Shown here: positions 18,481-30,122 of the stretch, in pieces
How positions within the stretch are numbered: position 1 is the stretch's first letter
Layout of the letters: each line of letters begins with the position of its first letter
Source of the DNA: an uncultured delta proteobacterium
GTDB taxonomy: Bacteria; Desulfobacterota; Binatia; DP-6
Assembly (NCBI GenBank): GCA_963815115.1
Contig: CAWFFN010000005.1
Span: 128,001 to 192,000, forward strand
DNA: 64,000 nt
Direction of reading: 5' to 3'
Notes under the pieces: generated by a model
Seen by the model: only the letters and a program-made list of their open reading frames with translations
Databases searched by the model: none
Told to the model about the DNA's origin: nothing
Made by a program: the position numbers and the translations under genes

Positions 18481-19655
18481 GCCGCTCCTCCGACGGTACG
18501 CGCCGCCGCGGCGAACGCGGCGAGGGCGCGCTCGATGTGGGCATCGGTGTGGGTGGCCATGGGCGTGACGCGCAGCCGGGCGGTGCCGGGAGGAACCGTC
18601 GGGGGACGGATGGCGTGGGCCAGCACGCCACCCTCGAGGAGCGCCGACGCGAATGCCATGGCGCGGGCATTGTCACCGAGGAGGACGGGCACGATATGGG
18701 TGTCGCCGCCGGTGCGGAGGCCGAGCGCCTCGAGGCCGCCGCGCAGGCGCTCCGCATGCCGGCGCAGCACCGTCCGGCGCTCGGGCTCGGCAGCGAGGAT
18801 GCGCAGCGCCGCACCCGCGGCTGCGACCGCGGCCGGCGCCAGCCCCGTCGTGTAGACGAAGCTGCGGGCGCGGTTCGCCACCAGCTCGACCAGCGCTCGC
18901 GACCCGGCGACGTACGCGCCGGCGCTGCCGAGCGCCTTGCCGAGCGTGCCCATGTGGACTGCGATGTCCGCGCTCAACCCTTCCGCCTCGGCCAGCCCGG
19001 CCCCCCGGGCGCCGAGGACTCCGGTGGCGTGGGCCTCGTCCAGGAACACGCTCGCGTGATAAGCACGGCCGAGCGCGACGAGGTCATGCAGGGGGGCCCG
19101 GTCGCCGTCCATGGAGAAAACCGAATCGGTCACGATGAGGCGCCGTCCCCCGACCGGAACCCCCTCGAGCTGCCTCCGGAGCGCCCGGACGTCGCGATGG
19201 GGATAGACGTGGACGGTCGCTCGCGAGAGCCGGCAGCCGTCGACGATGCTGGCGTGGTTGAGCGCGTCGCTGAAGACGTGATCGCCGCGGCCGACGAGCG
19301 CGCTGATCGTGCCGACGTTGGCCTGGTAGCCGGAGGGGAAGAGCAGTGCGGCCTCGGTATGCTTGAAGGCGGCGAGCTGGGCTTCGACCTCGACGTGCAG
19401 GTCGAGATGGCCCGCGATGAGGCGGGACGCACCCGTTCCGCATCCCCAGCGCCGGGTCGCCTCGCAGGCCGCTGCCATCAGCGCGGGATGGCCGGCGAGA
19501 CCCAGGTAGTTGTTCGAGGAGAAGAGGAGGACACGCCGTCCGGCGAGCTCCACCTCGGCAGCCGAGCCGGTCGCCAGCGGGCGCAGCGAGCGGCGGAGGC
19601 CGAGGGCCTCCAGACGGGCCAGCTCGGCTTCGAGCTCGCCATCGAGCGGCTGCAT
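18477..19655 (-). CDS. bioF: 8-amino-7-oxononanoate synthase
   Basis: SSNNYLGL, SRLIAG, LNHASIVDG, FSMDGD, DEAHATG, GTLGKALG and IRPPTVP. Confidence 0.95.
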   Translation of the reverse strand: MQPLDGELEAELARLEALGLRRSLRPLATGSAAEVELAGRRVLLFSSNNYLGLAGHPALMAAACEATRRWGCGTGASRLIAGHLDLHVEVEAQLAAFKHTEAALLFPSGYQANVGTISALVGRGDHVFSDALNHASIVDGCRLSRATVHVYPHRDVRALRRQLEGVPVGGRRLIVTDSVFSMDGDRAPLHDLVALGRAYHASVFLDEAHATGVLGARGAGLAEAEGLSADIAVHMGTLGKALGSAGAYVAGSRALVELVANRARSFVYTTGLAPAAVAAAGAALRILAAEPERRTVLRRHAERLRGGLEALGLRTGGDTHIVPVLLGDNARAMAFASALLEGGVLAHAIRPPTVPPGTARLRVTPMATHTDAHIERALAAFAAAARTVGGAA

Positions 19656-19704
19656 CGGGCGGTGATGCCGGCGGCCAGGTCGCTTGTCAACCTCGATCGA
19701 GCCA

Positions 19705-21081
19705 ATGGTTGACAAGGCTCGCCGAACCGCTTTCGTCTGCCAGCAGTGCGGTCACACGACGCCTCGCTGGCACGGCCAGTGTCCTTCCTGCTCGACGTGG
19801 GAGTCGCTGGTCGAGGAAGCGGTGCGCGAGCCGAGAGCGCGATCGGGCGCCTCACGAAGCGCCTCCGGCGGTCGGGAGCCCCGGGCGCTGTCGGCGGTTC
19901 CGTCCGAGGATTCCATCCGGCGTTCGACGGGGCTCGGCGAGCTGGACCGGGTGCTGGGCGGCGGTCTCGTGCAAGGGTCGGTCACCCTCATCGGCGGTGA
20001 TCCCGGCATCGGCAAGTCGACCCTCACCCTGCAGGCCTGCAGCGCCCTCGCGCGCCGCGGTCTCGGCGTGCTCTACGTGGCGGGCGAGGAGTCGCCGCAG
20101 CAGGTGCGGCTGCGCGCGGACCGTCTCGGGCTCGGCAACGCCGAGGTGATGATCCTGGCCGAGACCGCGGCGGAGGCGGTGATCGAGCAGCTCGAGGCCC
20201 TGCGGCCCGCGGCGGTCGTCGTGGACTCCATCCAGACGCTGCACACCGCCGCGCTCGCGTCGGCGCCGGGCAGCGTCGGACAGGTACGCGAGTCGGCGGC
20301 GTTGCTGACGGCGCACGCCAAGGCGAGCGGCACGGCGTGCATCCTGATCGGACACGTGACCAAGGAGGGCGCGCTCGCCGGACCGCGGGTGCTCGAGCAT
20401 CTCGTCGACACCGTGCTCTACTTCGAGGGCGACGGCGCGCACGCGTTGCGGGTGCTGCGCGCGGTGAAGAACCGCTTCGGATCGACCAACGAGGTGGGCG
20501 TGTTCGAGATGGGCGAGCGCGGTCTCGCCGAGGTGCAGAACCCGTCCGCCGCCTTCCTCGCCGAGCGGCCCGTCGGCGCGCCGGGATCGGCCGTGCTGGC
20601 GACGCTCGAGGGGAGCCGCCCGGTGCTGGTCGAGATCCAGGCCCTGGTCTCGCGCTCGGGGCTCGCCATGCCGCGGCGGACCGCGATCGGCCTCGATGCC
20701 GGCCGCGTCGCGCTCCTCCTCGCCGTGCTCGAGAAGCGGCGGCGCATGCAGCTCCACGATCAGGACGTCTTCCTGAACGTCGCCGGAGGCCTGCGCGTCG
20801 ACGAGCCGGCCGCCGACCTGGCGGTCGTCGCCGCGGTGGCGTCGAGCGCGCGGGGCCGTCCGCTCCCCGAGGACACGGTGCTGTGGGGCGAGGTCGGCCT
20901 CACCGGCGAGGTCCGATCGGTTGCCCGGGCCGAGGCCCGAGCCCGCGAGGCGGCGCGACAGGGCTTCCGGCGCTGCGTGCTGCCGGCCGGGAACGTCCGC
21001 GGCCTCCGGCCCGTCGACGGTCTCGCGACGACGGGGGTGGCGACGCTCGATGCCCTCTTCGAGGTTCTCGATCTCGGATGA
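19705..21081 (+). CDS. radA: DNA repair protein RadA/Sms
   Basis: N-terminal C4 Zn finger CQQC..CPSC, Walker A GDPGIGKST, KNRFG motif and Lon-like C-terminus. Confidence 0.97.
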   Translation: MVDKARRTAFVCQQCGHTTPRWHGQCPSCSTWESLVEEAVREPRARSGASRSASGGREPRALSAVPSEDSIRRSTGLGELDRVLGGGLVQGSVTLIGGDPGIGKSTLTLQACSALARRGLGVLYVAGEESPQQVRLRADRLGLGNAEVMILAETAAEAVIEQLEALRPAAVVVDSIQTLHTAALASAPGSVGQVRESAALLTAHAKASGTACILIGHVTKEGALAGPRVLEHLVDTVLYFEGDGAHALRVLRAVKNRFGSTNEVGVFEMGERGLAEVQNPSAAFLAERPVGAPGSAVLATLEGSRPVLVEIQALVSRSGLAMPRRTAIGLDAGRVALLLAVLEKRRRMQLHDQDVFLNVAGGLRVDEPAADLAVVAAVASSARGRPLPEDTVLWGEVGLTGEVRSVARAEARAREAARQGFRRCVLPAGNVRGLRPVDGLATTGVATLDALFEVLDLG

Positions 21082-22943
21082 GCACCGCGCTCCTCGTCCT
21101 GGCCAATCTCGTCCTGGTGGTGGTGTTCGCGCGCCTGCTCTGGAAGCGCGACCTCCTCGGCTTCGCCCAGGGCGGCAAGTGGTACCTCACCTGGATCTCG
21201 ATCGGCGTGATCACGCTCATGGACGAGCTGACGTCGGTCTTCTACGCCCCGGCGGAAGCGCACCGCTTCATCGGCACGCAGGCGATCTTCTTCATCGCGT
21301 TCACCTCGATCCTGATGCGGCTGCTCTCCAGCCGGATGGTCGAGATCGCCCAGATCCTCGAGCGCAACGGCATCCGCGGCGGCGGCGTGTACTCCTTCTC
21401 CTACCTCGTGCTCGGCCCGGTGGCGTCGTTCGTCGCCGTCGCGTCGATCATGGTCGACTACATCCTGACCGCGTGCATCTCGACCGTCAGCGCGGTCATC
21501 AACGGAACCGCCTTCCTCCCCCTGTCGGGGGGCACGGAGTACGCGCTGATCCTCGCCATCATCTGGGGCGTCGCGGTGCTGAACATCATCGGCATCCGGG
21601 AGAACGCGCGCGTCACCTTCTCGATCTTCATCGCCGCGAGCTTCGTGTTCGTGAACCTGATCGCGCTCGGATTCATCCACCTCGATCCGCAGAGTCCCGG
21701 CATCATCGCGGACAGCGCGCTCAGCGTGAAGCGAGGCCTCGAGCACACCGGGGTTGCACACTTCATCTCCGTGATCACCGTCGGCGTGGCGAGCTGCGTG
21801 CTCGCCTACTCCGGCATCGAGTCGGTGATCCAGACCGCGGGCCTGGTGCAGAGCTGGCGCGACATCGCCAAGGCCTACTGGTTCCTCGCCCTCACGGTCG
21901 GCATCGTGACGCCGCTGGTGTCGGCGCTGGCGCTCTCGGCGCCCATCGACCTGAAGGCCCACGAGGGCGACCTCATCACGTACTACGCGACGCTGGTCGG
22001 CAACGTGCCCTTCGGGGTGCTCGTCGGCGTCTTCGGCAGCATCATCCTGATCATGGCGGTCAACACGGCGTACGTGGCGTCGAGCGAGCTGCTCGAGCGG
22101 GTGGCGCACCGCTATCGTGTGGACTGGCTGATCGAGACCAATCGCAGGGCGTCGCTGTACCGCATCCACATCGTGAACGCGTCGCTCTACACCTCCATCA
22201 TCCTGCTGACGCGCGGCTCGCAGGCGGTGCTCGCCGAGATGTACGCCGTGGGGCTGCTGGCGAGCTTCTGCCTGAACGTCGGGTGCCTGCTGGTCTACCG
22301 CTACTTCAAGGGCACCAAGGAGATCCCCGACTACTACACGTCGCGCGTGGGGACGCTGCTGCTCGAGTTCGTGCTCGTCGCCTGCTTCATCTACCTCGCG
22401 CTCCACAAGCCGTACGGCACGGGACTCTGGGCCAGCGTCGTCGCCGTCATCCTGCTCGCCGGCATCCCCTTCTCGCGCCGCTACGGTCCCGAGGCGAAGC
22501 AGAAGCGGCGCAGCGACTATCCCATGGAGATGCTGCTCGCCCTCGGCGAGACCGACGGGCCGATGCATGTCTGGTTCCGGCGGCCGGGCGAGGGTGAGCT
22601 GAGCGACGACCCCGCGACGGCCTTCATCACCTTCTTCTCGCCGCGCCAGGAGATGCCCGAGAAGCTCGGTCCGAACCACTACCGCTTCGCCGTCCAGGGC
22701 GGCAGCGTCCATCGCAGCATCACCGTGGTGCTCGACCTTCTGGTCGAGGAGCTCGGCGGCCGCGACATCACGGTGCACTTCGGCTGGCCCACCTCCTCGT
22801 GGCTCGACCGCATGTCGACGGGGGTGCTGGTGCACAACCTGATGCGGCTGCCGCCGAAGTATCCCGCGCTGCACTTCGCGATGGAGTGCGCTGCGGCGCC
22901 CGCGCCGATCGAGGACGGCAGGCGGGCGGCCCTGCTCTCCTGA
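21078..22943 (+). CDS. APC-superfamily permease with cytoplasmic C-terminal domain
   Basis: ATGA-coupled to radA; DELTSVFYAP, GGGVY, DYILTACISTVSA and LAYSGIES motifs; about 12 TM segments. Confidence 0.8.
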   Translation: MSTALLVLANLVLVVVFARLLWKRDLLGFAQGGKWYLTWISIGVITLMDELTSVFYAPAEAHRFIGTQAIFFIAFTSILMRLLSSRMVEIAQILERNGIRGGGVYSFSYLVLGPVASFVAVASIMVDYILTACISTVSAVINGTAFLPLSGGTEYALILAIIWGVAVLNIIGIRENARVTFSIFIAASFVFVNLIALGFIHLDPQSPGIIADSALSVKRGLEHTGVAHFISVITVGVASCVLAYSGIESVIQTAGLVQSWRDIAKAYWFLALTVGIVTPLVSALALSAPIDLKAHEGDLITYYATLVGNVPFGVLVGVFGSIILIMAVNTAYVASSELLERVAHRYRVDWLIETNRRASLYRIHIVNASLYTSIILLTRGSQAVLAEMYAVGLLASFCLNVGCLLVYRYFKGTKEIPDYYTSRVGTLLLEFVLVACFIYLALHKPYGTGLWASVVAVILLAGIPFSRRYGPEAKQKRRSDYPMEMLLALGETDGPMHVWFRRPGEGELSDDPATAFITFFSPRQEMPEKLGPNHYRFAVQGGSVHRSITVVLDLLVEELGGRDITVHFGWPTSSWLDRMSTGVLVHNLMRLPPKYPALHFAMECAAAPAPIEDGRRAALLS

Positions 22944-22950
22944 CGCGGCC

Positions 22951-23760
22951 TCAGGCGGCCTCGACCCGCGACAGGAAGTCGACGGCGAGCCGGCCCACCT
23001 CGGCGCGCTCCGCGTCCTCGGTGAGGACGTGCCAGCTGCGCTCGAGAATCCGCGTCTCGATCCAGCGCGACCCGAGACGACGCTGGAGCAGGGTGACGTT
23101 GGCCGGCGGGGCCGTGTGATCCTGCCGGCCGTGGAGCACGAGCACGGGCTGCGTGACCTGGCCGAGCTCGCGGCGAACCACCTTGCGGAGCTCGAGGAAC
23201 GAGAGCAGGGCGGGCAGGGGCATGACGTCGTAGCTCGAGCTGGCGGCGCGCGCCACGGGATCGCCGATGTCGCGCCCGGCGGCCTTGGGGATCACGGCGT
23301 AACGCCGCCGGATCGGCGGCAGCCAGCGCAGCGAGCCGAGCACGGCCGGGCGACGGTCGGAGAGCAGGAGCGGCGTCGCGCAGCATACGACGGCGGCCAC
23401 CTCCGCCGGCCGGCGGGCGGCGAGGAGGAGAGCCAGGAGCGCGCCGAGCGAGACGCCCGCAACGGCGGTGCGGGGCGCGCCCGCGCGCGCTGCCGCCAGG
23501 CCCTCCTCCGCGCAGCGGAACCAGTCGCGCCAGCCGGTCCGTGCCAGGTCGGCCGGCGTCGTCGCGTGGCCTGGCAGCCGGATGGCACGCGAGGCAAATC
23601 CGGCGTTCGCGAGCGTGACGCCGAGCGGGCGCACCTCCTCGGGAGTCGCCGTGAAGCCGTGCAGCAGCAGGCAATCGAGAGACCGACTGCCTGGCAACGC
23701 GAAGCCGCCGTCGGTGAGCTCGCTCGGAACGCTGGTCCCGGGCGATTCCGACCGATCCAC
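22951..23760 (-). CDS. alpha/beta hydrolase (carboxylesterase / monoacylglycerol lipase-like)
   Basis: LLLHGFT, LPGH, GVSLG nucleophile elbow, D in QDH, and SWH catalytic His. Confidence 0.88.
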   Translation of the reverse strand: MDRSESPGTSVPSELTDGGFALPGSRSLDCLLLHGFTATPEEVRPLGVTLANAGFASRAIRLPGHATTPADLARTGWRDWFRCAEEGLAAARAGAPRTAVAGVSLGALLALLLAARRPAEVAAVVCCATPLLLSDRRPAVLGSLRWLPPIRRRYAVIPKAAGRDIGDPVARAASSSYDVMPLPALLSFLELRKVVRRELGQVTQPVLVLHGRQDHTAPPANVTLLQRRLGSRWIETRILERSWHVLTEDAERAEVGRLAVDFLSRVEAA

Positions 23761-23766
23761 CGGGCG

Positions 23767-25665
23767 TCAGCCCTCGGCCACGGCCTCGGCCTTCACCTCG
23801 AGCGCCCCTTGCTGCTGCGCGCGCTCCTTCAGATGATTCATGAAGGCCTGCATGGCGTCCTGCTGCTTCTGCTGCATGAGGGACTGGCGAACCGTGTCCT
23901 TGGCCTCGCCCAGCCCGGCGAGGTCGGCAGGAGTGCGCTCCTTCAAGGCGACGACGAGCCCATCTCCGCCCACGGCGTAGACGTGCGGCGCGAGCGGCTG
24001 CTCGGCGGTCAGCGTGAAGGCGTCGGCGCGGAGCTCCGCCGCGCCCGACAGCTTCGGTACGGTGCCCGAGCGCCGCTCGAAGGCGCCGGTCTCCTCGACG
24101 GTGGCGCCCGACTCCGCGGCGGCCTTCTGGAGCCCGATCTCCTTCGCGCGCGCCAGGACCTTCTCGGCCTTCTCCTTGGCCAGGGCTTCCCCGCGCACCC
24201 GCTTGAGGTCGTCGACGGGCTTGGCGCCCAGCTCGGCGACGGGCGGCACCGTCGGCTCGATGCGCTCGATCGGCTCGAGCAGATAAATGACGTCGTCGCC
24301 CTCCACGAGGTCGCTCGGCTGGTTCGGCCCGAGCGCGAAGGCGGCGTCCGTGAAGGCTTTCACCCGCCCGATACCGGGCACGTCGTCGGTGGCCGCGAAC
24401 GGCGGCGTCTCCTTCAACCGGCTGCCGGCGACGTCGGGCAGGCTCTTGCCACGCACGACGTCACGCCGATCCGATTCCGCCTGCTGCCGGGCCAGCTCGA
24501 GCCCCTTCTCCTCGGTGAGGGTCTTCACGATCTCGTCGCGTACCGCATCGAACGGCTTGGGGCCGCCGGGCACCTTCTCCTCGACCTTGATGATGTGGAA
24601 GCCGAAGGGCGTCTCCACGATGTCGCTCACCGTGCCCGGCTCGAGCGCGAACGCCGCCGCCTCGAACGCCGGCACCATCCGCCCCCGCGCGAAGAGCCCG
24701 AGGTCGCCGCCCTTGGTCGCCGAGCCCGGATCCTGGGAGTACTTCTTGGCGAGCCCGGCGAAATCGCTCCCCGCCCTGACCTCCGCGAGGACGTCCTCGG
24801 CCTTCTTGCGGGCTTCGGCGCGCGCCTGCTCGTTCGCGTCGGGCGCCAGCTTGATGAGGACGTGGCGCGCGTGGATCTGCTCCGGGACGGTGAAGCGGTC
24901 GTCGCGATGGGAGTCGTAGTACGCGTGCACGGCGTCCTCCGACGGCGCCGCGAGCGTCGCGAAGTCCTTGGGGCTGTAGGCCACGTAACGCACGCGCACG
25001 CGCGGCGGCGTCCGGTAGCGATCGGGATGGTCGGCGACCCACTTCGCCACCTCCTCGTCGGACACCGTGGCGGTTTTCGCCAGCGCGTCCGCCGGGATGC
25101 GGACGTAGAGGAGGTCGATCTGCTCGCGATCCTGGCCGAAGCGCTCCGCGACTTCCTCGTCGCTCACCTGCACGCCATCGACGACGAGCGCCCGCACCCG
25201 GCGGTTCACCAGGTCCTGGCGGACCTGCGCCTCGAACTCGCCACGATCGCGCTGTACCTGCAGCACGCGCTCGAGCAGCTCGCGATCGAAGGTGCCCTCC
25301 CGCTGCAGCTCCGGCATGGTGGTGATGGCGTTCAGGACGTCCTGATCGCTGACGTCGAGCCCGAGCCGGTCCGCCTCGTGTCGCAGCAAGGCGTCGTCGA
25401 CCAGCTGGTCGAGCGCCTGTCCGCGCAGCATGCGCGCCTGGGGCGGCGTGGCGCCCTTCATGAGCTCCTGGAAGCGGTTCTGGAGGGCCGCGGTCTCGGT
25501 GTCGAGATCGCGGCGCGTGATGCGCTCCCCGTGGACGCGAGCGACGACGTCGAGATGAGCCTGGCGGCTCGCGCCGACGCCCCAGCCGATGAACGACACG
25601 GCCAGCAGCGCGTAGAGCACCTTGATGCCTCTCGACGACGAGTATTTGCGAAGGTTGGCGAGCAC
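23767..25665 (-). CDS. ppiD: SurA-N-terminal / parvulin peptidyl-prolyl isomerase, PpiD-like
   Basis: N-terminal TM anchor, SurA_N helical region, parvulin HARHVL...FAGLAKKYSQDPGSATKGGDLG...FGFHII. Confidence 0.85.
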   Translation of the reverse strand: MLANLRKYSSSRGIKVLYALLAVSFIGWGVGASRQAHLDVVARVHGERITRRDLDTETAALQNRFQELMKGATPPQARMLRGQALDQLVDDALLRHEADRLGLDVSDQDVLNAITTMPELQREGTFDRELLERVLQVQRDRGEFEAQVRQDLVNRRVRALVVDGVQVSDEEVAERFGQDREQIDLLYVRIPADALAKTATVSDEEVAKWVADHPDRYRTPPRVRVRYVAYSPKDFATLAAPSEDAVHAYYDSHRDDRFTVPEQIHARHVLIKLAPDANEQARAEARKKAEDVLAEVRAGSDFAGLAKKYSQDPGSATKGGDLGLFARGRMVPAFEAAAFALEPGTVSDIVETPFGFHIIKVEEKVPGGPKPFDAVRDEIVKTLTEEKGLELARQQAESDRRDVVRGKSLPDVAGSRLKETPPFAATDDVPGIGRVKAFTDAAFALGPNQPSDLVEGDDVIYLLEPIERIEPTVPPVAELGAKPVDDLKRVRGEALAKEKAEKVLARAKEIGLQKAAAESGATVEETGAFERRSGTVPKLSGAAELRADAFTLTAEQPLAPHVYAVGGDGLVVALKERTPADLAGLGEAKDTVRQSLMQQKQQDAMQAFMNHLKERAQQQGALEVKAEAVAEG

Positions 25666-25688
25666 GGCGGGGTGACCAAAGAAGCTAG

Positions 25689-26816
<1,128 letters not shown>

Positions 26817-26840
26817 CTCGCCGCGATCCGGCGGGGCGTC

Positions 26841-27719
26841 ATGCTCGAGTTCCTTCGTCGCAACCGGCTGCTGGCGACGGCGGCCGTCTTCCTCGTGCTG
26901 GCCGCGGGCCTGATCCTGCGCACCGGCACGACCCGCGGCCGCGACGACCAGCTGGGCCGCATCTTCCTGGAGCTGATGGCGCCGCTCGACCGCGCGGGAA
27001 CCTTCGCGAGCCGCACCGTCGCCGACGCCTGGCAGGGGGCGGCCGCCCTGATGCGCGCGCGCGACGAGGCCGAGGCGCTGCGCGGGCGCGTCCGTCAGCT
27101 CGAGCAGGACACCGCCCGCCTGGCGGAGACCGAAGCGGAGAACGCCCGCCTGCGCACGCTGCTCGACTTCCGCAAGACCCTGGGCGGCAAGCTGCTCACG
27201 GCGCGGGTCATCGGCCGCGACGCGGCGGGGCTGTCGCGGACGCTGGTCATCGACCAGGGCTCCGCTGCCGGCGTCGCGAAGGGCGCCGCCATCCTCGCAC
27301 CCGAGGGGGTCGTCGGCCAGGTGTTCCTGGTGAGCCCGCACGCCGCCCGCGTGCTCCTCGTGTCGGACCACAACAGCGGCGTCGACGCCGTCGTGCAGCG
27401 CACGCGAGGCCGGGGCATCGTCGAAGGGACCGCCGACGGACGCTGCGGCCTCAAGTTCGTCCGGCGCACCGAGGATCTCCAGGTGGGCGATCTGGTGGTC
27501 AGCTCCGGGCTCGACGGGATCTTCCCGCGTGGCCTGCCCATCGGGCGCATCCAGACGGTGGACAAGCAGGGGCAGGGGCTGTTCCAGTACGCGCAGATCG
27601 AGCCCGCCGTCGACGTCGAGCGGCTCGAGGAGGTGCTCGTCACGCTGGAGGCCCAGGCCCCCCCGCCGCCCGCCGCCGACGAGGGACCGGAGCCGCCGGG
27701 GCCGCCGCCCGGCCGATGA
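26841..27719 (+). CDS. mreC: rod shape-determining protein MreC
   Basis: N-terminal TM, coiled coil ENARLRTLL, GVVG and SSGLDGIFPRGLPIG; position after mreB. Confidence 0.95.
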   Translation: MLEFLRRNRLLATAAVFLVLAAGLILRTGTTRGRDDQLGRIFLELMAPLDRAGTFASRTVADAWQGAAALMRARDEAEALRGRVRQLEQDTARLAETEAENARLRTLLDFRKTLGGKLLTARVIGRDAAGLSRTLVIDQGSAAGVAKGAAILAPEGVVGQVFLVSPHAARVLLVSDHNSGVDAVVQRTRGRGIVEGTADGRCGLKFVRRTEDLQVGDLVVSSGLDGIFPRGLPIGRIQTVDKQGQGLFQYAQIEPAVDVERLEEVLVTLEAQAPPPPAADEGPEPPGPPPGR

Positions 27720-27725
27720 CCGGCC

Positions 27726-28220
27726 GTGCGACGCGCCTTCGCCATCGCGGTCGCCGGCATCCTCGCGATGCTGCTGCAGACGGCCGTCTTTCCCGTGCTC
27801 GTGCCCGCGGGGCTGGCACCGAACCTCGTGCTCGTCCTCGTCGTCTACCTCGGCGTGCACCAGTTCGGTGCCTGGGGCGCGCTGGGGGCGTTCCTCCTGG
27901 GCTACTTCCTCGATACCTTCTCGGGTACGCTGCTCGGCCTGCATGCCTTCGCGTTCACCGCGCTGTATCTCGCCGTCCACCACGTCGCGCGCCTGCTCTG
28001 GACGGAGGGTGGCGTGCCGGCCATGCTGATCGTCTTCGCGGCGGCGTGCGGGCACGGGTTCATCGCGCTCGCCTGGATGTCGCTGGTCACCGCCGCCGGC
28101 GCATCGGTCTGGCAGCACGCCCTGCGTCAGGGGCTGATCGGCGCGGTGGTGGCGGCAGCGGTCACGCCCGCCGTCTTCGCCTTCGTCTCCTGGGAGCAGC
28201 GGCTCCTCGGGCGCGGCTAG
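27726..28220 (+). CDS. mreD: rod shape-determining protein MreD
   Basis: Hydrophobic 164 aa with PNLVLVLV and GYFLDTFSG; between mreC and mrdA. Confidence 0.92.
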   Translation: MRRAFAIAVAGILAMLLQTAVFPVLVPAGLAPNLVLVLVVYLGVHQFGAWGALGAFLLGYFLDTFSGTLLGLHAFAFTALYLAVHHVARLLWTEGGVPAMLIVFAAACGHGFIALAWMSLVTAAGASVWQHALRQGLIGAVVAAAVTPAVFAFVSWEQRLLGRG

Positions 28221-28229
28221 GGCACGCGC

Positions 28230-30122
28230 ATGGATCTCGACGAGCTGCGCGTCATTCCGCGCGACGTGCCGCCGGAGCTGAGCCGCCGCATCGGGGTCGC
28301 CAGCGCCATCGTCCTGGTCGCCTTCGTCGGCATCCTGGTGCGGCTCGTCTCACTCCAGGTGGTGCAGGGTTCCGAGATGCGTTCGCTCTCGGAGCACAAT
28401 CGCATTCGGCTGGTCCGGGTGCCCGCCGCTCGCGGCGTGGTCTACGACCGCAACGGCGAGCTGCTGATCGACAACCGCGCTTCCTTCGACGTCGTCTTCG
28501 TGCCGGAGGACGCGCGCGGCAAGCCCGGCGTGCTGCGCACGCTGGCCGCCCGGTTGAACGAGCCCGAGAACGCCGTGGTCGAGCGCCTGCGCGCACCCTC
28601 CAAGCGCCCCCCGTACGCGGGCATCGTCGTGGCGCGCGACCTCGACTGGTCGGGTGTCGTGGCGCTCGAGACCCACCAGCTCGACCTGCCGGGCGTGTCG
28701 GTGCGGGTCGGTCCGCGGCGCTTCTACCCGTACGGGCCGCTGGCGGCGCACCTCCTCGGCTACGTCGGCGAGGTCAGCGAGAGCGAGCTGACGCGCAACG
28801 AGAACAGCGAGATCCGGGGCGGCGACCTGGTCGGCAAGGCGAATCTCGAGAAGGCCTGGGATCGGGAGCTGCGCGGCCAGACCGGTGGCCAGCAGGTCGA
28901 GGTCGACGCGCTCGGACGCCGCGTCCGCATCCTCGAGGAGGTGCCCGACGTCGCCGGGGACACCCTGGTGCTCACGCTCGACCGGGACCTCCAGGAGACG
29001 GCGGAGCGCGCGCTCGGAGACCGCAGCGGCGCGGTGGTCGCGCTCGACCCGCGCAACGGCGACGTGCTGGTGCTCGCCTCGCGCCCGGCGTACGACCCCA
29101 ACCTCTTCTCGCGCGGCATCCGGCACGCCGAATGGCGGACGCTGGTGCAGGACCCGCTGAAGCCGCTGAGCAACCGCGCCGTCCAGGGCCAGTACCCGCC
29201 GGGCTCCACGTTCAAGGTGGTGGTGGCCGCGGGCGGGCTCGAGCAGGGCGTCATCACGCCCGGCACGGGGGCCTACTGCCGGGGCGGCCTGCAGTTCGGC
29301 AACCACTTCTTCCGCTGCTGGCGCCACGGCGGTCACGGCCACGTGCGGCTGCACGAGGCGATCGTCCAGTCGTGCGACGTGTTCTTCTACCAGGCCGGGC
29401 AGCGGCTGGGTGTCGACCTCATCGCCGACTACGCGCGCCGGCTCGGCCTCGGCCTCGCGACCGGCATCCGCCTCGAGCACGAGAAGGCGGGAACGATTCC
29501 GGACTCGCAGTGGAAGCAGCGCCGGTTCCATCGCCCCTGGTTCGCGGGCGAGACCCTCTCGGTGGCCATCGGCCAGGGCTACGTCACCGCGACGCCGCTC
29601 CAGATGGCGAACCTCGCGGCGACGATCGCCAACGGGGGAACGAGATACCGTCCGCAATACGTGAAGCGCGTCATCGCCCCCGACGGGACGGTGCGGGAGG
29701 AGCTCCAGCCCGACGTGCTCGGCGACGCGGGGATCGATCACCGCGCCCTGGCCGAGGTTCGCGCCGGCATGCGGGACGTCGTCATGACCGACCGGGGCAC
29801 CGGCAAGGCGGGGCGGGTCCGCGGCATCGAGGTGGCCGGCAAGACGGGCACCGCGCAGGCCGTGGCGCTGCGCGGCTCGAATCGCCGCGCGCGGCGGAGC
29901 CGCGACCATGCCTGGTTCATCGCCTTCGCGCCGGTGGCGGCGCCCGAGATCGCGCTCGCCGTGCTGGTCGAGCACGGTGGCGGCGGAGGCGGCAAGCTCG
30001 CCGCCCCGATCGCGAAGGAGGTCCTGGAACGCTACTTCACCCGTGACGTGGGTCCGCAGCCGAACACCCAGAAGACCCAGGAGGCACATGCGGTTCGACC
30101 GAAGACTGCTCACGCATTTTGA
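28230..30122 (+). CDS. mrdA: penicillin-binding protein 2
   Basis: RGVVYDRNG, YPPGSTFK (SxxK), SCD (SxN variant) and KTGTAQ. Confidence 0.96.
   Translation: MDLDELRVIPRDVPPELSRRIGVASAIVLVAFVGILVRLVSLQVVQGSEMRSLSEHNRIRLVRVPAARGVVYDRNGELLIDNRASFDVVFVPEDARGKPGVLRTLAARLNEPENAVVERLRAPSKRPPYAGIVVARDLDWSGVVALETHQLDLPGVSVRVGPRRFYPYGPLAAHLLGYVGEVSESELTRNENSEIRGGDLVGKANLEKAWDRELRGQTGGQQVEVDALGRRVRILEEVPDVAGDTLVLTLDRDLQETAERALGDRSGAVVALDPRNGDVLVLASRPAYDPNLFSRGIRHAEWRTLVQDPLKPLSNRAVQGQYPPGSTFKVVVAAGGLEQGVITPGTGAYCRGGLQFGNHFFRCWRHGGHGHVRLHEAIVQSCDVFFYQAGQRLGVDLIADYARRLGLGLATGIRLEHEKAGTIPDSQWKQRRFHRPWFAGETLSVAIGQGYVTATPLQMANLAATIANGGTRYRPQYVKRVIAPDGTVREELQPDVLGDAGIDHRALAEVRAGMRDVVMTDRGTGKAGRVRGIEVAGKTGTAQAVALRGSNRRARRSRDHAWFIAFAPVAAPEIALAVLVEHGGGGGGKLAAPIAKEVLERYFTRDVGPQPNTQKTQEAHAVRPKTAHAF

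Noticed and set aside
16469-19655. bioFAD without bioB/bioC as an unusual biotin pathway
   Set aside because: Split bio operons are common; the missing genes may lie outside the window.
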